Assembly (NCBI RefSeq): GCF_004010195.1
Contig: NC_057719.1
Coordinates: 23,135,458-23,182,577, forward strand
Length of the DNA stretch: 47,120 nucleotides
Direction: 5' to 3'
From: Chiloscyllium plagiosum
Lineage: Eukaryota
The notes beneath the pieces were generated by a model that made no database searches, was not told where the DNA came from, and saw only the letters and a program-made list of their open reading frames with translations. Position 1 is the first letter of the stretch. Every line of letters begins with the position of its first letter. The position numbers were made by a program, and so were the translations under genes. This document shows, piece after piece, positions 11,843-24,399 of the stretch.

Positions 11843-12178
11843 TCCATAAATAAGGGTCCCAGTTCCAAAATAAAGGATTCCCTCTTTTTGAAGTTGGAAA
11901 TGAGAAGGAATTTCTTCTCATGGAAATTCATTGATCTTTGGAATTGTTTACCCCAGTGAACTGTGGAGGATCGGTCTTTGGATATATTCAAGGCTGAGTT
12001 AGATAGATTTTTGATCAATAAGGGAAACAGTGGCTAGAAGGCACAGGCAGGAAAGTGGAACTAAGGCCACAGTCAAATCATCCATTATGTTATTGAATGG
12101 AAGAGCAGTCCAATTGATCTACTCCTGCCCTTATTGCTTATATTCTTACAGCTTTATGTTCTTCTTGCTAATTCTAGT

Positions 12179-12472
12179 GATTTGATTTTGATTTGATTTA
12201 TTGCAGACACCTAAGTACACTGAAAACCTTTGTTTTGAGAGCAGTACAGGCACATCATAACAAGCAAGGACATACAGAGCTGCTTAGACAGAACAAGACA
12301 TACAGGTTATAACTGCACAGAACGGTCACAAAGCAAAATCAACATTAGTAAGATCGATAATTATTTGAAGTTAGAGAGGCCCATCAGCAGTCTAATAACA
12401 GCAGAGAAGAAACTGTTCTTGAACCTGTTGGTGCATGTGTTCAAGATTCTGTACCTTCTGCCTGACAGAAGA
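12179..12472 (-). mobile_element. Rex1/Babar-type LINE 3' end
   Basis: Reverse complement of 9195-9480 (tcaggcagaag...aacaggttcaagaacag; (gattt)n tail). Confidence 0.85.
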
Positions 12473-13236
12473 GCACTATATGCTCAGGCTACAAGTTTAA
12501 AAGAAGGCAAAAGAATCTGTGAGTGTAAATGCTTTCCCTTTTCTAATGGCATATCATTTTGTCTTCATACAACTGGGCGACTTTCATAAACAGAAATTCT
12601 GAGTATCTTTTCCATCTATAAAATTAGCTTCAATATTCATGGACTCTCCTGCTGTCCTTGTTATAGCCCCTGAGAAATAGTGGGAACCAGTGAGAGGTTC
12701 TTTGCATCCTGTCTCTTGGTGCCTCTGTCAATCACACACTGGCAACATGGTGAAATGCAGAATAATGCAGATTCAGAATATGCATTAAGATTTTGGAAAC
12801 ATTACTCTATTTGAGGGCACCATAAATTTCAGTCCATATAAACAAAAATGGAAAAGAGAAAAGGCAAAAATGTTGTCAGAAGGATATTTGCAAAAATGAA
12901 CTATTTAGAGGTTATAAAAGATACTTGACGATAAACATTATGGACTAGACATTCTAGTCTATGATACTCAACAATTTTGTCTGTTATAACTGATTTACAG
13001 AGAAATTAGCAGCTACTCCTGAAGCTTGTCATCTCCAACAGTGAGACTAACTTGATTCTATGTCTCAGGGCATGAATTGATCAATTGTGCCTCTCACTTG
13101 CTGTTCTTCAAGAGCTCTTAGTACTAACTGGCCATCTAATAGTTTTCATGCTTGTTGCTCAACGCCCAGTGTGATAGAATCCATGGTTTCAAACTTTGTG
13201 ATTTCTTTCAAAACAAACTAAAAACGCAAACAAAAA

Positions 13237-13545
13237 GGGGGTGGTCACAGCCTAGCAACATTATCTCTGTAATCTAGAGATCAGCTAATGTTCTCGGGGC
13301 CAGGATTCAAATCCCATCACAGCAGATGGTGGAATTTGAATTCAATAAAAATCTGGAATTAAGATTTTAATGAATCCCTGGCCTATTTTCAAAATAAAAC
13401 CCCTAGTTCACTACTGCCCTTTAGGGAAGAACCTGGCATCCTTACATGGTCTGCCTACATGTAACTTCAGAACCACAGCAATTACCCTCTGCATAATTAG
13501 GGATGGGTAATAAATACTGGCCTAGTCAGCGGTGCCTACATCCTA
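13237..13545 (+). mobile_element. tRNA-derived SINE, second family
   Basis: 'ggattcaaatcccatcacagcagatggtggaatttgaattcaataaaaatctgg...gggatgggtaataaatactggcctag'. Confidence 0.85.
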
Positions 13546-13693
13546 TATTTTTATTATTAAGTAGGAAACTGCAAAGAGAGATTAAGAAAGGAAACTGACC
13601 TTCCCATTTTCTAAGGAAACTACAACTGAAACTGAAAATGGGAACAGAAATTTCTGTGGTGTCAGAAGGTGGTTGAAACCTGTAAAAAGATAC

Positions 13694-13921
13694 TGTGGTG
13701 ATAATAACCATACCATCCAGCTGGACCTCATAGAATATGAATTCCCTGATTGGGGCTGTTTACCTGGTTCAGTCAGGGAACCTTAGTTGACAGGTAAAAA
13801 GAGGAATGTCAGAGATTCTGGGACTCCAGTAGCTAACTCTGAAGAGGTAGCCAAGGATTCCTCATCTGTAAATAAAGAGTGATTTGGTGATGGGAATACC
13901 AGGCTCTGTGGAGTTATGTCA
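13694..13921 (+). mobile_element. Solo LTR (probably Gypsy-type), 228 bp
   Basis: TG...CA termini; AATAAA at 13871-13876; 5-bp flanks gatac (13689-13693) / gacac (13922-13926). Confidence 0.75.
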
Positions 13922-15860
13922 GACACCATGTCCTTGCAGCTTGTAATTGGCGATGGTTCTATTGGTACAGGTGGCTGAAGAAAACAGAGATTACATGAAG
14001 AAGCTAAAAATAAATACGCAGTTGCTACAACTGTTTCTGTTACATGAAGACAGCATTAGATTTAGATCTATGTCATCCAAATTAAAATGGTCTTGAAGAT
14101 GTGTGCTATTATGGTGAAGACCAGCCCTAGGCGATTCAAGTCAGTTGTGAACTCAGCTGGAGATCAGGCTATCTCCTAAAAGGACAGGAACTGAAACACT
14201 TGGTGAGAAAGACAGAATTTTAAAGGGCATTGTAATTGGGAAAGACAACCTATAAGCTAAATTAATTCATTCGGTCTGTCTTATATTCATCTGCCATTTA
14301 ATACATGAATGATATTCATTGACAACGACAAGTAGTATGTTAATTTATATCCAATTTAAGTTCTGTGTTTGAAAATAAAAGAATTTACTTCATATGTTAC
14401 TTAGTGTTTTGATGTTTTGAATCTTGTAGAGTAAAAACTTTCTCTGTTAAACCTAGGAAGATTGTGCCTTAATTTTTGAAGTAAATAACAAGGACTACAA
14501 ATTCCACAGTGTTACTTAAAAGGATGGTCTTTAACCAGGTCCATAACACCAGACAATGATGTCTTCCTGGGTACGACCTTTTTATATTGGTTTCAAGATA
14601 GCACGCCTAATGATAAAAGACTGCCAGTGAACTAAATGTCAGTGGTTAACCAAGTTATCCAGTTCCCAAGTCAAGCAAGGCGATATTGCAGAGCACAACT
14701 GATTGATTGACCAATCAGTATGAAGTTTTTTCATACTCAGCTACATTAACCGAGGAAACTTTTGCACTTTGTACAATGATCTTGACAGAGCAAGTAACTG
14801 AATGCATATGCATGCTCTGCGATCTGATCACAATCTTTAAAAGATGCAGTTTTTTTTTACCTTCAGCTCAGTATTTGTATCTGATGAAACAATACTTATG
14901 TTAGATTCTTTAATATAAGAGCTAGATATGAATCACATTGTATTGAAAGATTCAAAGAATATTTATTACAGCTCTTGGTATCTACATATATCACAATCAT
15001 AAGCATTATTGCCTCTGGAACAGTACTGAAAGATTTGGTTATAAACTGCTGTATACTTGCCCCAGTGAGTCATGCTGCAAATGGTTTCAGTAAGATAGAA
15101 ATTCAGATCTTTATATCATTAGGTTCGATGCTAGGATACAGTGATGAAATCAAGAAGCTTCTCTCTTAAAGGTATATTGTGTACCAACCGTGACATAGAA
15201 AGTAACACTCTGCGCTGCCAGACTCCACAGTTTTAGAATGATTAAACATCAGCAGATGTTCCATATAACTTAACTGTACCAAAGTGTGCTTACATTGTCA
15301 GGGTTTAGGCAATTGAAATGCGTGCTCACAAGGTTGAGTGTGCACTCATATTGGGAAATGGGAAAGCTGTTTTCAAAGATTTATCAGTAAGTTTCATTTG
15401 AGATTTTTAAAGTGCTTTGTTTTCTACATTTTTGATTTGACTGAAAGAAATAGTAAGGCATGATGGAACAATAAAGTGGCTCAACGCCCATATATTTTGC
15501 CTTGTTTGAATGCAGTCATTTTCTTTTCAACAACTGAACACCAAGAAACCAGAAAACATAGCTATCCTAACCCATTGGAGGCGGACTTGAATGATTAATT
15601 CAGACGACATTTTTTTCAGACTTTTTGAACCTGAAGGTCAGAGAAGGGTAACAATTGGCCCGAACTTCTGTTTTCCTGGTTGTGATCTAGTGACCCCTGC
15701 TGGAACATGGCTGCATATGTCAACATGTTGAGTGAGGATCAAGTTTGGCTTCTGTGTGATGACATTCATCCTGGAGTAGCCTGCCCAAAAAATATACAAG
15801 CTCTCTCCGTTGACACAGCGCAAAACGCATTGGTCAGCCTTTGCAGGAAAGTCTGGGATG

Positions 15861-16072
15861 CAGTCGGTTCTGTTATAACACAATAGTTCGGTTCTCATGC
15901 AAACCCGTGTTATAAGAAAATCATGTAATAACAGTACCATTTAAACTGATGGGGCCGAAATCGTGTTATAACCAATACATGCATTAAAACTTTGTGTTTT
16001 AGAAACAGTATCACAAACTCGTCAATCGTGTTATAGCAAACTTGCGTTAACGAAATACGCATTATAGCAGAA
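15861..16072. mobile_element. Probable Tigger/pogo-like MITE, right end truncated
   Basis: Starts CAGT; ttctgttataa (15868-15878) is inverted as ttatagcagaa (16062-16072); internal cgtgttata occurs three times. Confidence 0.6.
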
Positions 16073-16162
16073 TATTTTCTCTAAAAAGCAGTTTACCACA
16101 GGGTTATGTCAAAGATAACCAGCAACTGGATAACTCTTCTACAACAGACTGATTAAACCAGT

Positions 16163-16409
16163 ATGACCTATTACCACCACCCCCTCCCCATCTTCATCTA
16201 CCTATCACATTCCTAGCTGCCTTCCCCCCAGCCCCACACCCCTCCCATTTATCTCTCAGCCCCTTGGGCCTCCCCTCAACATTTCTGATGAAGACTTTAT
16301 GCCCGAGACGTTGACTCTCCTGCTCCTCAGATGCTGACTGACCTGCTGTGCTTTATCAGCGCCATACTTTTTGATTCTGATCTCCAACATCTGCAGTCCT
16401 CGCTTTCTC
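16163..16409 (+). mobile_element. Penelope 3' fragment (family A) with decayed hammerhead
   Basis: ctgatgaagactttatgcccgagacgttg; tail ...gtcctcgctttctcc; flanks ctgattaaaccagt (16149-16162) / ctgataaaactagt (16410-16423). Confidence 0.88.
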
Positions 16410-16844
16410 CTGATAAAACTAGTTTATTGGTTTAAAAAAGTGCTAATGTAGGGAGCATTGATAGATATACTCAGTCATGGAAGTCTGACAGCTGGATGCT
16501 ATAGTAGCTTATAAGCAACGAGATTAACAAAGAAAGCAAAGTGAGGTGAGCAGGAATTATATCCTGTCAACAAGCATGCGCCAGTTTGTCTTTGGTACAG
16601 TCAATGATGTACCATAAGATGAAATCTGCACTATGTTTGTGCTCAGTAGGATGTGTTGAAAAAACCAAAGTATATTATCTACATGTGTATCAATAAAATA
16701 TATATACAGGAGTTTTAAAAATAAATTAGACCCCATGATGGCATCTACACAATAGATATACAAATGTAAATTTAAGTCCATGTCAAAAATGTTTTTTTTA
16801 AATAAAGCTTATTATAATTTATACATTTATTACATTTAGAATAA

Positions 16845-16972
16845 TAGTTTCTGACGAAGTATCACTGGACCTGAAATGTTAACTCTGATTTCTCTCCACA
16901 GATGGTGCCAGACCTGCTGAGCTTTTCCAGCAATTTCTGTTACTGTTTCTGTTTTTCAATTTCTGCATTTTT
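16845..16972 (+). mobile_element. Penelope-derived 3' fragment (family B) beginning at the hammerhead
   Basis: CTGACGA-A-gtatc-actg-gacct-GAAATGTT-aact at 16851-16884. Confidence 0.75.
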
Positions 16973-17024
16973 AAAATAGTTTTACTGTTGGATAAGGCAG
17001 TACCTGAATAGATTAACTGACATT

Positions 17025-17322
17025 GGGTGGCATGGTGGCACAGTGGTTAGCACTGCTGCCTCACAGCACCAGAGACCCGGGTTCAATTCCTGCCTCAGGC
17101 GACCTACTGTGTGGAGTTTGCACATTCTCCCCGTGTCTACGTGGGTTTCCTCTGGGTTCTCTGATTTCCTCTCACATTCCAAAAAAAAACGCAGGTTAGG
17201 TGAATTGGCCATGCTAAATTGCCCGTAGTGTTAGGTGTAGGGGAATGGGTCTGGGTGGGTTGTGGGTCGGTGTGGACTTGTTGGGCCGAAGGGCCTGTTT
17301 CCACATTGTAAGTAATCTAATC
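17025..17322 (+). mobile_element. HE1-type SINE
   Basis: A box tggcacagtgg, B box ggttcaattcc, central gtggagtttgcacattctccccgtg, tail gtaatctaatc. Confidence 0.93.
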
Positions 17323-18069
17323 ATAAACTTAGGCGATAAAGAAGTGTTCCTTTCCTGGGAGGGGCTAATCAATGTAAGTGTGTCTGATCTAGATATATTG
17401 TATATATCAGTTGTTCACTCTTATATTCATGTAACATACAGTCATGTATACTGATTTTTAAGTTGAGTTTTATGTCTCCCAAGAAATAATCATGTATCTC
17501 AAATGTAATGTATCCAGCTGTTAACTAATATTTTACTGTTATTCAAGATTAAGTCAACTTTGGCTGAAGACTTTGTGAGGGCATACATTTGGTATCAGTA
17601 ATTTAGACTCACACCAAGGAGAAGTATTGGTGTCAGTGAATCTATCGAAAGAAACTCACATTTTTAAAAATTCACTCACAGAATGCATGTATCTCTGGCT
17701 AGTTGGCAGAGGCATAGAAGGAAGAGGTATGTGGTACAAGGATCAGAGGGATGTTGTAATCATTGTACCATATCATTTCTTGGGTGTTGTTTCAAATGGA
17801 GACTTTTTATCTCTCACCTCTAATTGTCCAACGGGCAATTAAAAGTTAACTACATTGGTGTGCTTCTGGAGTCACAGCTAGGCCAGATCAGGTAAGGACA
17901 ACAGATTTCCTTTCCTAAAGGGCATTAGGTCAACCAAATGGGTTTGTCTGACAAAGCTTCATGGTTGTCATTAAATCTTTAATTTATTGAATTTAAATTT
18001 CATTAGATCCTCAGAACATTAGCTGAGTTTCTGGATTAATAGGTCTAACAATAACATCATTAGACCATT

Positions 18070-18626
18070 TTCTGGATCAGTGGTGCTGGAAGAGTTCAGC
18101 AATTCAGGCAGCATCCGAGGACAGGCAAAATTGACGTTTCGGGCAAAAGCCCTTCATCAGGAATAAAGGCCTTAATATTTTTCAGGAATAAAGGCAGAGA
18201 GCCTGAAGCGTGGAGAGATAAGCTAGAGGAGGGTGGGGGTGGGGATAGAGTAGCATAGAGTACAATAGGTCAGTGGGGGAGGAGATGAAGGTGATAGGTC
18301 AGGGAGGAGAGGGTGGAGTGGATAGGTGGAAAAGGAGCTGGGCAGGTCAGACAAGTCAAGGGGATCGTGTTGCTGGAGGTTAGAAACTAGGATGAGGTAG
18401 AGGAAGGGGAAATGAGGAAGCTGTTGAAATCCACATTGATGCCCTGGGGTTGAAGTGTTCCGAGGCGGAAGATGAGGCGTTCTTCTTCCATGCGTCTGGT
18501 GGTGAGGGAGCGGCGGTGGAGGAGGCCCAGCACCTCCATATCCTCAGCAGAGTGGGAGGGGGAGTTGAAATGTTGAGCCACGGGGCGGTTTGGTTGATTG
18601 GTGCGGGTGTCTCGGAGATGTTCCCT
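18070..18626 (-). mobile_element. 5'-truncated Penelope-like element (GIY-YIG C-terminus plus 3' UTR)
   Basis: ORF 18387-18581 AQHFNSPSHS...RRMEEERLIFRLGTLQPQGINVDF; exact 16-bp TSD acatcattagaccatt at 18054-18069 / 18627-18642. Confidence 0.93.
18133..18160 (-). ncRNA. Minimal hammerhead ribozyme motif with intact core
   Basis: CUGAUGA-A-GGGC-UUUU-GCCC-GAAACGUC; helix I weak. Confidence 0.75.
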
Positions 18627-20249
18627 ACATCATTAGACCATTGCCTCTCCACGGTTCCTGAAAGCATAACCACACACCAACCATAACATTTTGACAGTGC
18701 TGGTATCTGACATTGTAACATTTCAATCATAGATCAAGGACATTCGGTATAATATGCATATGCTGGCTCATTACTAATTACTTCTTTTGGGTTGTAACAA
18801 AAATATAATGTCAAGGAAAACAGCACTAAACTAACGAGTCATGGACATCTGTAATCACCCTGCTATCTATCTCAATACAAAAATGCTGAAATATCATCTG
18901 CAAACCCCTATTAATCATTTTTGTGATTCACTTATTTGATTAAAGTTCTCATAATGAAAGGCTGATTGCATCCAGAATGTTATTAAATTGGATAAAAAGA
19001 AACAAAATAATGAATAATGGTGATACCAACCTTTGTTCGTATAGTGCATGCAACAATGTTCAGGAGAACAAATTATATTTTTAGCAAAGTGATACCTTTT
19101 TCATAGGTATTCTCTTATATGTGCTAGTTAGCAGTCAGGTCTCACTTACTAGTGTAGAACTCTGTCAACTAAGATTTCTTGCTCGACGATATGCATTTTA
19201 ACAAAATGGTTCCTACTGCTTTGATCTAATATTTTCCCATTCCTGGTGGTGATTCAGAAATTATTTAGATGCGTGATAAGATTATTCTACTGGAAATTCA
19301 CTGAAACAGAAACATCACTGATTGCCAAGTTAATTATTACTAACACTGCTCACAGGGTAAATATTTTAAAATGACATTCCTCAGATTGGCATTTCAAGGT
19401 TAAAATGATCAGTTATCTAATTGGTTTCATATTGACTATCAATAGCTCATGATGAGTGGTTATTGGTGTGTTAACAGGATAAATGAATGGCAAAGAGATC
19501 CACCCTCAGGTAAAATGAACAATTTATTTTCATCATTCAATAAAGACTGTAGAATTCTTTTCTCGTCCAACTTTCTCCCTCCCTATGACAGAATGTCTTG
19601 CTCAAATACTCATCCTTTATGCTGTTTTGACAAGTTACTCAACCACAAAGCGAATCACAGCTGAGATTAACCCTGCCTCTATTTGAATCAACATCGAGGT
19701 AATGATATGGAATAACGATTGCAACATCTCTCTGATTCCTGTACCACCCACTTCTCCCTCCCATCCCATTGCCACCCAATAACCACCTGCTAAATTATTA
19801 ATTATTGTAGGGAATTGCAGTGAAATGTTTGTCATAAATCATTCTATTTTGACTCGAAGATTTATGTAAATTTTATCTGTGCCATTGTGCCAAAAACCTT
19901 GAATTTTTCACCAATTGTTCGAGGACAATCTCAAGAATTGCAGCACTTTCTCAGGGAAATCAACATGGACCATAAAATTGACATTCTATATTCAGGATGT
20001 TTCTTATTTCCAAATACTCATGCTCATGTTGAGGTCATGCTTACTGTGGGAAATATGATTAACTTCTGCACACTCATGGGCTCCAAAGGTGGTACATGTG
20101 TGACACTAAATTGGAAATAGATGAAGAAGAATAAGAAATGCGATTCAGAAATTTGAAATAATTCTCATAACTTTTTTTCATCAATGGAAACATTTGTACC
20201 CTCACACGGACAACGGATTCTTAGGACTGTCAAGGTAAAATTACGAGTG

Positions 20250-20790
20250 AAGTACTTTTCACATCTTCAGAAAATCCAAGAACACTTCATGGCCAATGTC
20301 AACTTGAACAGCAGTTACTGTTGCCACATAAGCAAACAACCATTGTTTGCACGTTGTCACAAGCATGTATGAAATAATTGGTCAGATGATTATTGCAAGG
20401 TTGGTTGAGAAATAAACAGTGACCAGGACACCGGTTTACTGACATTTAATGTTATAAGAATGTTTATGTTAACCTGAGAGGGAAGACAAGACCACTATAT
20501 ATTGTCAAGATTAGAGTGGTGCTGACAAAGCACAGCAGGTCAGGCAGCATCCGAGGAGCAGGAAAATTTATGTTTCAAGCAAAAGCCCTTCATTGGGAAA
20601 CATCGCTTTTCCTGCTTCTCGGATGCTGCCTGACCTGCTGTGCTTTTCCAGCACCACACTAATCTTGACTCTGATCTCTAGTATCTGCAGTCCTCACTTT
20701 CGCTATTATATAGTGTCTCATCTGAATGACAGCACCTCAAGAGTATGATGCTCCTGTAGTATCACAGTGAAGTGTCAACCTGTGTTCTGT
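20250..20790 (-). mobile_element. Old Deu-domain SINE (AmnSINE1/SacSINE1-like), interrupted at 20504-20703
   Basis: Minus-strand blocks gaggtgctgtcattcagatgag, ccggtgtcctggtcac...ctcaaccaac and cattggccatgaagtg match the recalled DeuSINE consensus in order. Confidence 0.65.
20504..20703. mobile_element. Fold-back Penelope-derived insertion
   Basis: gtcaagattagagtggtgctg... is inverted as ...cagcaccacactaatcttgac, followed by a tail of about 34 nt; degenerate TSD at 20493-20506 / 20704-20717. Confidence 0.88.
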
Positions 20791-20902
20791 CATTGAAGCA
20801 AGGCTGAAACAAATGCACAACATAACACACTTGCAAAGCACATCAGGGTAACTAGCATTGAAAAGAATACCTTTCCGATGAAAGGCCTCTGACGTACTAC
20901 TT

Positions 20903-20947
20903 TCTCTCTCTCTCTCCCTCTCTCCCTGTCTCTCTCTCTCTCTCTCT
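20903..20947. repeat. Imperfect (CT)n microsatellite
   Basis: Directly visible. Confidence 0.95.
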
Positions 20948-20959
20948 TCCACACTTAAG

Positions 20960-22225
20960 ATACACAGATTCATGGATTCATACATCAGCCAATCAAGTCT
21001 ACACTGACATAGCTATCACTAAAAGTGTGTTAATCCCAATATTTCCTGCATTTGTCTCATATCCCTGAATGTTATAATATTTAAAGTAGTCATTCAAATA
21101 TTTTTTTAAAAAGTCATAAGGTTTCCAGTCTCCATTATCTTCTCAAGCAGTGCAATCCAGATTCCCACCTCCTGCTGAATGAAAGAGTTTTTTTTCCCAA
21201 ATCCCCTCTGAATCTCCTGCCCCTTACCTTAAAATTATGGTCCCTCATGATTGACTCCACAACGAAGGGGAGCAGCTGCTTTCTATTCACCCTGTCCATA
21301 CCCTTCATAATCTTATACACCTCAATTGTGCCCCCATTCAGTCTTCTCTGCTCTAAAAAAAACAATCCAAGCCTATCTAATCTTCCTTTGTTGCTCAATT
21401 TCTCCATCCCAGGCAACATCCTGGTGAACCTCCTCTGCATCCCCTCTAGTGCTATCACATTCATCATATTGTGAGGTGGCCAGAACTGCGCACAGTACTC
21501 CAGCGTGTCCTGACCAACACTCTGTACAACTCCAACATTACCTCCTTGCACTTATACTCTATGCTACAGCTGATACCATGGCCCCTTCAATTTCCTGTCT
21601 CACCTCCCACAGCTACCTGGGATGCAATTCATCCATGCCAGAGGATGTGTCTGTTTTTAACCTGACAGAACTTCCAGGACCTCCCCATTTCCAAAGTCAA
21701 ACTGTGCAAGTTCCTCACAGTCTCTTTTCCTGAATTCTGTGCTTACATTCTCCTTTTCCAAAGTGAGGATTGAAGAGAAATATTCATTCAGCGCCCTTGC
21801 CATATCCTGCAGCTTCACACACAGGTCCTTAGTAGGACCTGCTCTTTCCCTGGTTAACCCCATTCCTTTAACTTATTCACAAAATATCTCAGGATTTGCT
21901 CTAATCCTGTTTGCAAGTCCTCTTCTAATTGCTTTCTTAAGTTTCCTCTTGCACTTTCTGTATTCCTCTGGGGCCACAGTTGAATTGCTGTGTTTGGGCT
22001 TGCTAAAAGCCCTATTCTTATTCCTTATCCAGACCTGAATTCTCCTAGACATCCAGGATTCTCTGAACTTATTGCCCTGACACTTCCCTCTAAAAGCGTT
22101 ATGTTGGATCTCTCCCTAGCTCCTTTTTGAAAGATCACCCTCTCCATCATTGTTCTGCTGTAGGCTTACCTGCAAGGAGCTGTTCCCAGTCTACTGTGGC
22201 CAGATCCTGCTTTATTTTAATAAAA
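20960..22225 (-). mobile_element. CR1 LINE remnant with internal deletion
   Basis: ORF 21135-21551 LEYCAQFWPP...RRFTRMLPGM; ORF 21657-21863 MARALNEYFSSILT. Confidence 0.88.
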
Positions 22226-23535
22226 AAATAGAATGTTTTGTAATTTCAAAATGTAATTCAACAATGCACAGTTTGAAATCTGACTATGCTGATGTCATGC
22301 TGAGGAAGGTATTGACTACATAGAGTTCGACTAAAATTTGCAACATGAAAGGAGTCCATTTCAACAAGCGTAATGCCAGTTGGTAATTGCTAGGCTACAG
22401 ATTCAAAACTGTGGGAGGACAAAATTGAAGCCACTTCCATGGGAAATGATAGTAACTGATATATAAAAATCATATATCCTCTCTAGGCACTATATGAAAC
22501 TGAATATTATAAAGAAACTTCATTATATGCCTCAGACATGTGAGATGAATGAAACTAAAATGCACTTTCTTTTGCAGACTAGGGAGCCTCATAATTATTT
22601 GATTTCCTTGCCTTCCATTTCCTTTAAGAATCACTTAAATATGAGTTGGAACTTTACCATAACATTTATGAATGATAGAAGCTGGTGGTCCTTCCTTGCA
22701 GAATAATTTGTCAACCATGTCAAATTATTATGAATCCTTGTAAAGCCAAGATGCCTTTTAGAGTCACAGTGAGTCTTTATATACACTAGCAGTGGCATTA
22801 ACTAGGGAGAACAGTGGCCAGCAAGTTATGAATTATCCTCTTAAGTTAGTTTCCCGTATAAACCAATCTGAGAGGTAGCTTTCCTGTCAAGACCAGTCAT
22901 ATGTATTATATGCATAAAAGCTGAAAAGTTCACTGCAGATCAGGCAGCATCTTTGGAGAGAAAATGAAGATGTTGGCTGAACATTCTCATTTTCAGTTCA
23001 AATGAGTTGTGGAGTGAGAGTCATAGTGGTCAGTCTGCCGTAGCTTGCGAGGATGTTTTTCACACGATCTTCCACTCTGCCCCATATTAATTATGTAACC
23101 AGGCACTTCCTCTATGCAGCCAGAGCAGAGGAGGTGCTCGCTTGGACATTCTGGTGTTCAAACCACTGGAGGCATTTAAAAACCCAGCAACATACAAATC
23201 CAGATGCTGGAAGACAGGAACAGTGTCCCACAGCGTGATGTCTGACTATTATCACTAAGGACATAATGCAGACAGACCATTTGTAGACAGAGACCTGGAG
23301 GTGTGATTGGGATGGTGGGAAGGAGAGCAGACATTTGGACTGCCAAAGGTCACCCCATCAAACCCAGCCAGTGTAGATCCACATATTGGATTGGCTCAAT
23401 GTAGTGTTGACAGGAATGTCCAGAGGTGTAACAGGAAGGTTCTGTCTGCTAGTTCACACTCACAAGATCAGAACTCACCTTAACTCTGCCAGAATACACT
23501 CATCTCACCAAAACCGATGGGTGTGAGATGACTCA

Positions 23536-24091
23536 TAGAGTCATAGAGCCATAGAGATGTACAGCACAGAAACAGATCCTTCGATCCAACTCATCCATGC
23601 TGACCAGATATCCCAACTCAATCTAGTCCCACCTGCCAGCACTTGGCCCATATCCCTCCAAACCCTTCCTATTCATATACCCATCCAAATGCCTCTTAAA
23701 TGTTGCAATTGTACCAGGCTCCACCACATCCTCTGGCAGCTCATTACATACATGTACCACCCTCTGAATGAAAAGTTGCCCCTTAGGTCTATTTTATATC
23801 TTTCCCCTCTCACCCTAAACCTATGCCCTCTAGTTCTGAACTCCCCCACCCCAGGGAAGAGACTTTGTCTATTTATCCTATCCATGCCACTCATGATTTT
23901 ATAAACATCTATTAGGTCACCCCTCAGCCTCTGGCACTCCAGGGAAAACAGCCCCAGCCTATTCAATATCTCCCTATAGCTCAAATCCTCCAACCCTGGC
24001 AACATCCTTGTAAATCTTTTCAAAACCCTTTCAAGTTTCACAACATCCTTCCGATCAGGAGGAGACCAGAATTGCATGCAATATTCCAAAA
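23536..24091 (-). mobile_element. CR1 3' end
   Basis: ORF 23673-24098 LERVLKRFTRMLPGL...TRGHRFRVRG; (catagagt)n tail; gactca repeated at 23530-23535 / 24092-24097. Confidence 0.95.
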
Positions 24092-24100
24092 GACTCAAGA

Positions 24101-24326
24101 AGGAGAAAATGAGGACTGCAGATGCTGGAGATCAGAGTTCAGAGTGTGATGCTGGAAAAGCCCAGCAGGTCAGGCAGCATCCGAGGAGCAGGAGAATTGA
24201 CATTTCGTGCATAAGCCCTTCATCAAGCCTGATTCCTGATGAAGGGGCTTATGCCTGAAATGATGATTCTCCTGCTCCTCAGATGCTGCCTGACCTGCTG
24301 TGCTTTATCAGCACCATACTCTCGAC
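24101..24326. mobile_element. Fold-back Penelope-derived insertion with two decayed hammerheads
   Basis: Same family as 11610-11842; cttcatca...ctgatgaagggg at the centre. Confidence 0.9.
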
Positions 24327-24399
24327 AAGTGAGATGATTCAACATTTACAATTGCATACACTACATTAACTTACATGTTCTCCCTCAATTCATCTTCCC

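Larger units (their letters stand above)
11510..12165 (+). mobile_element. Decayed CR1 3' end, interrupted by a palindromic PLE
   Basis: 'gaaatgagaaggaatttcttctc...atattcaaggctgagttagatagatttttg'. Confidence 0.75.
17800..18650 (-). mobile_element. tRNA-derived SINE, second family, head split by a Penelope insertion
   Basis: Homology to other copies over 17800-18069, resuming 'gcctctcc' at 18643-18650. Confidence 0.75.

Noticed and set aside
15638..15940. 100-aa minus-strand ORF as a host exon
   Set aside because: Starts within a MITE-like repeat; no recognisable domain or convincing splice pair
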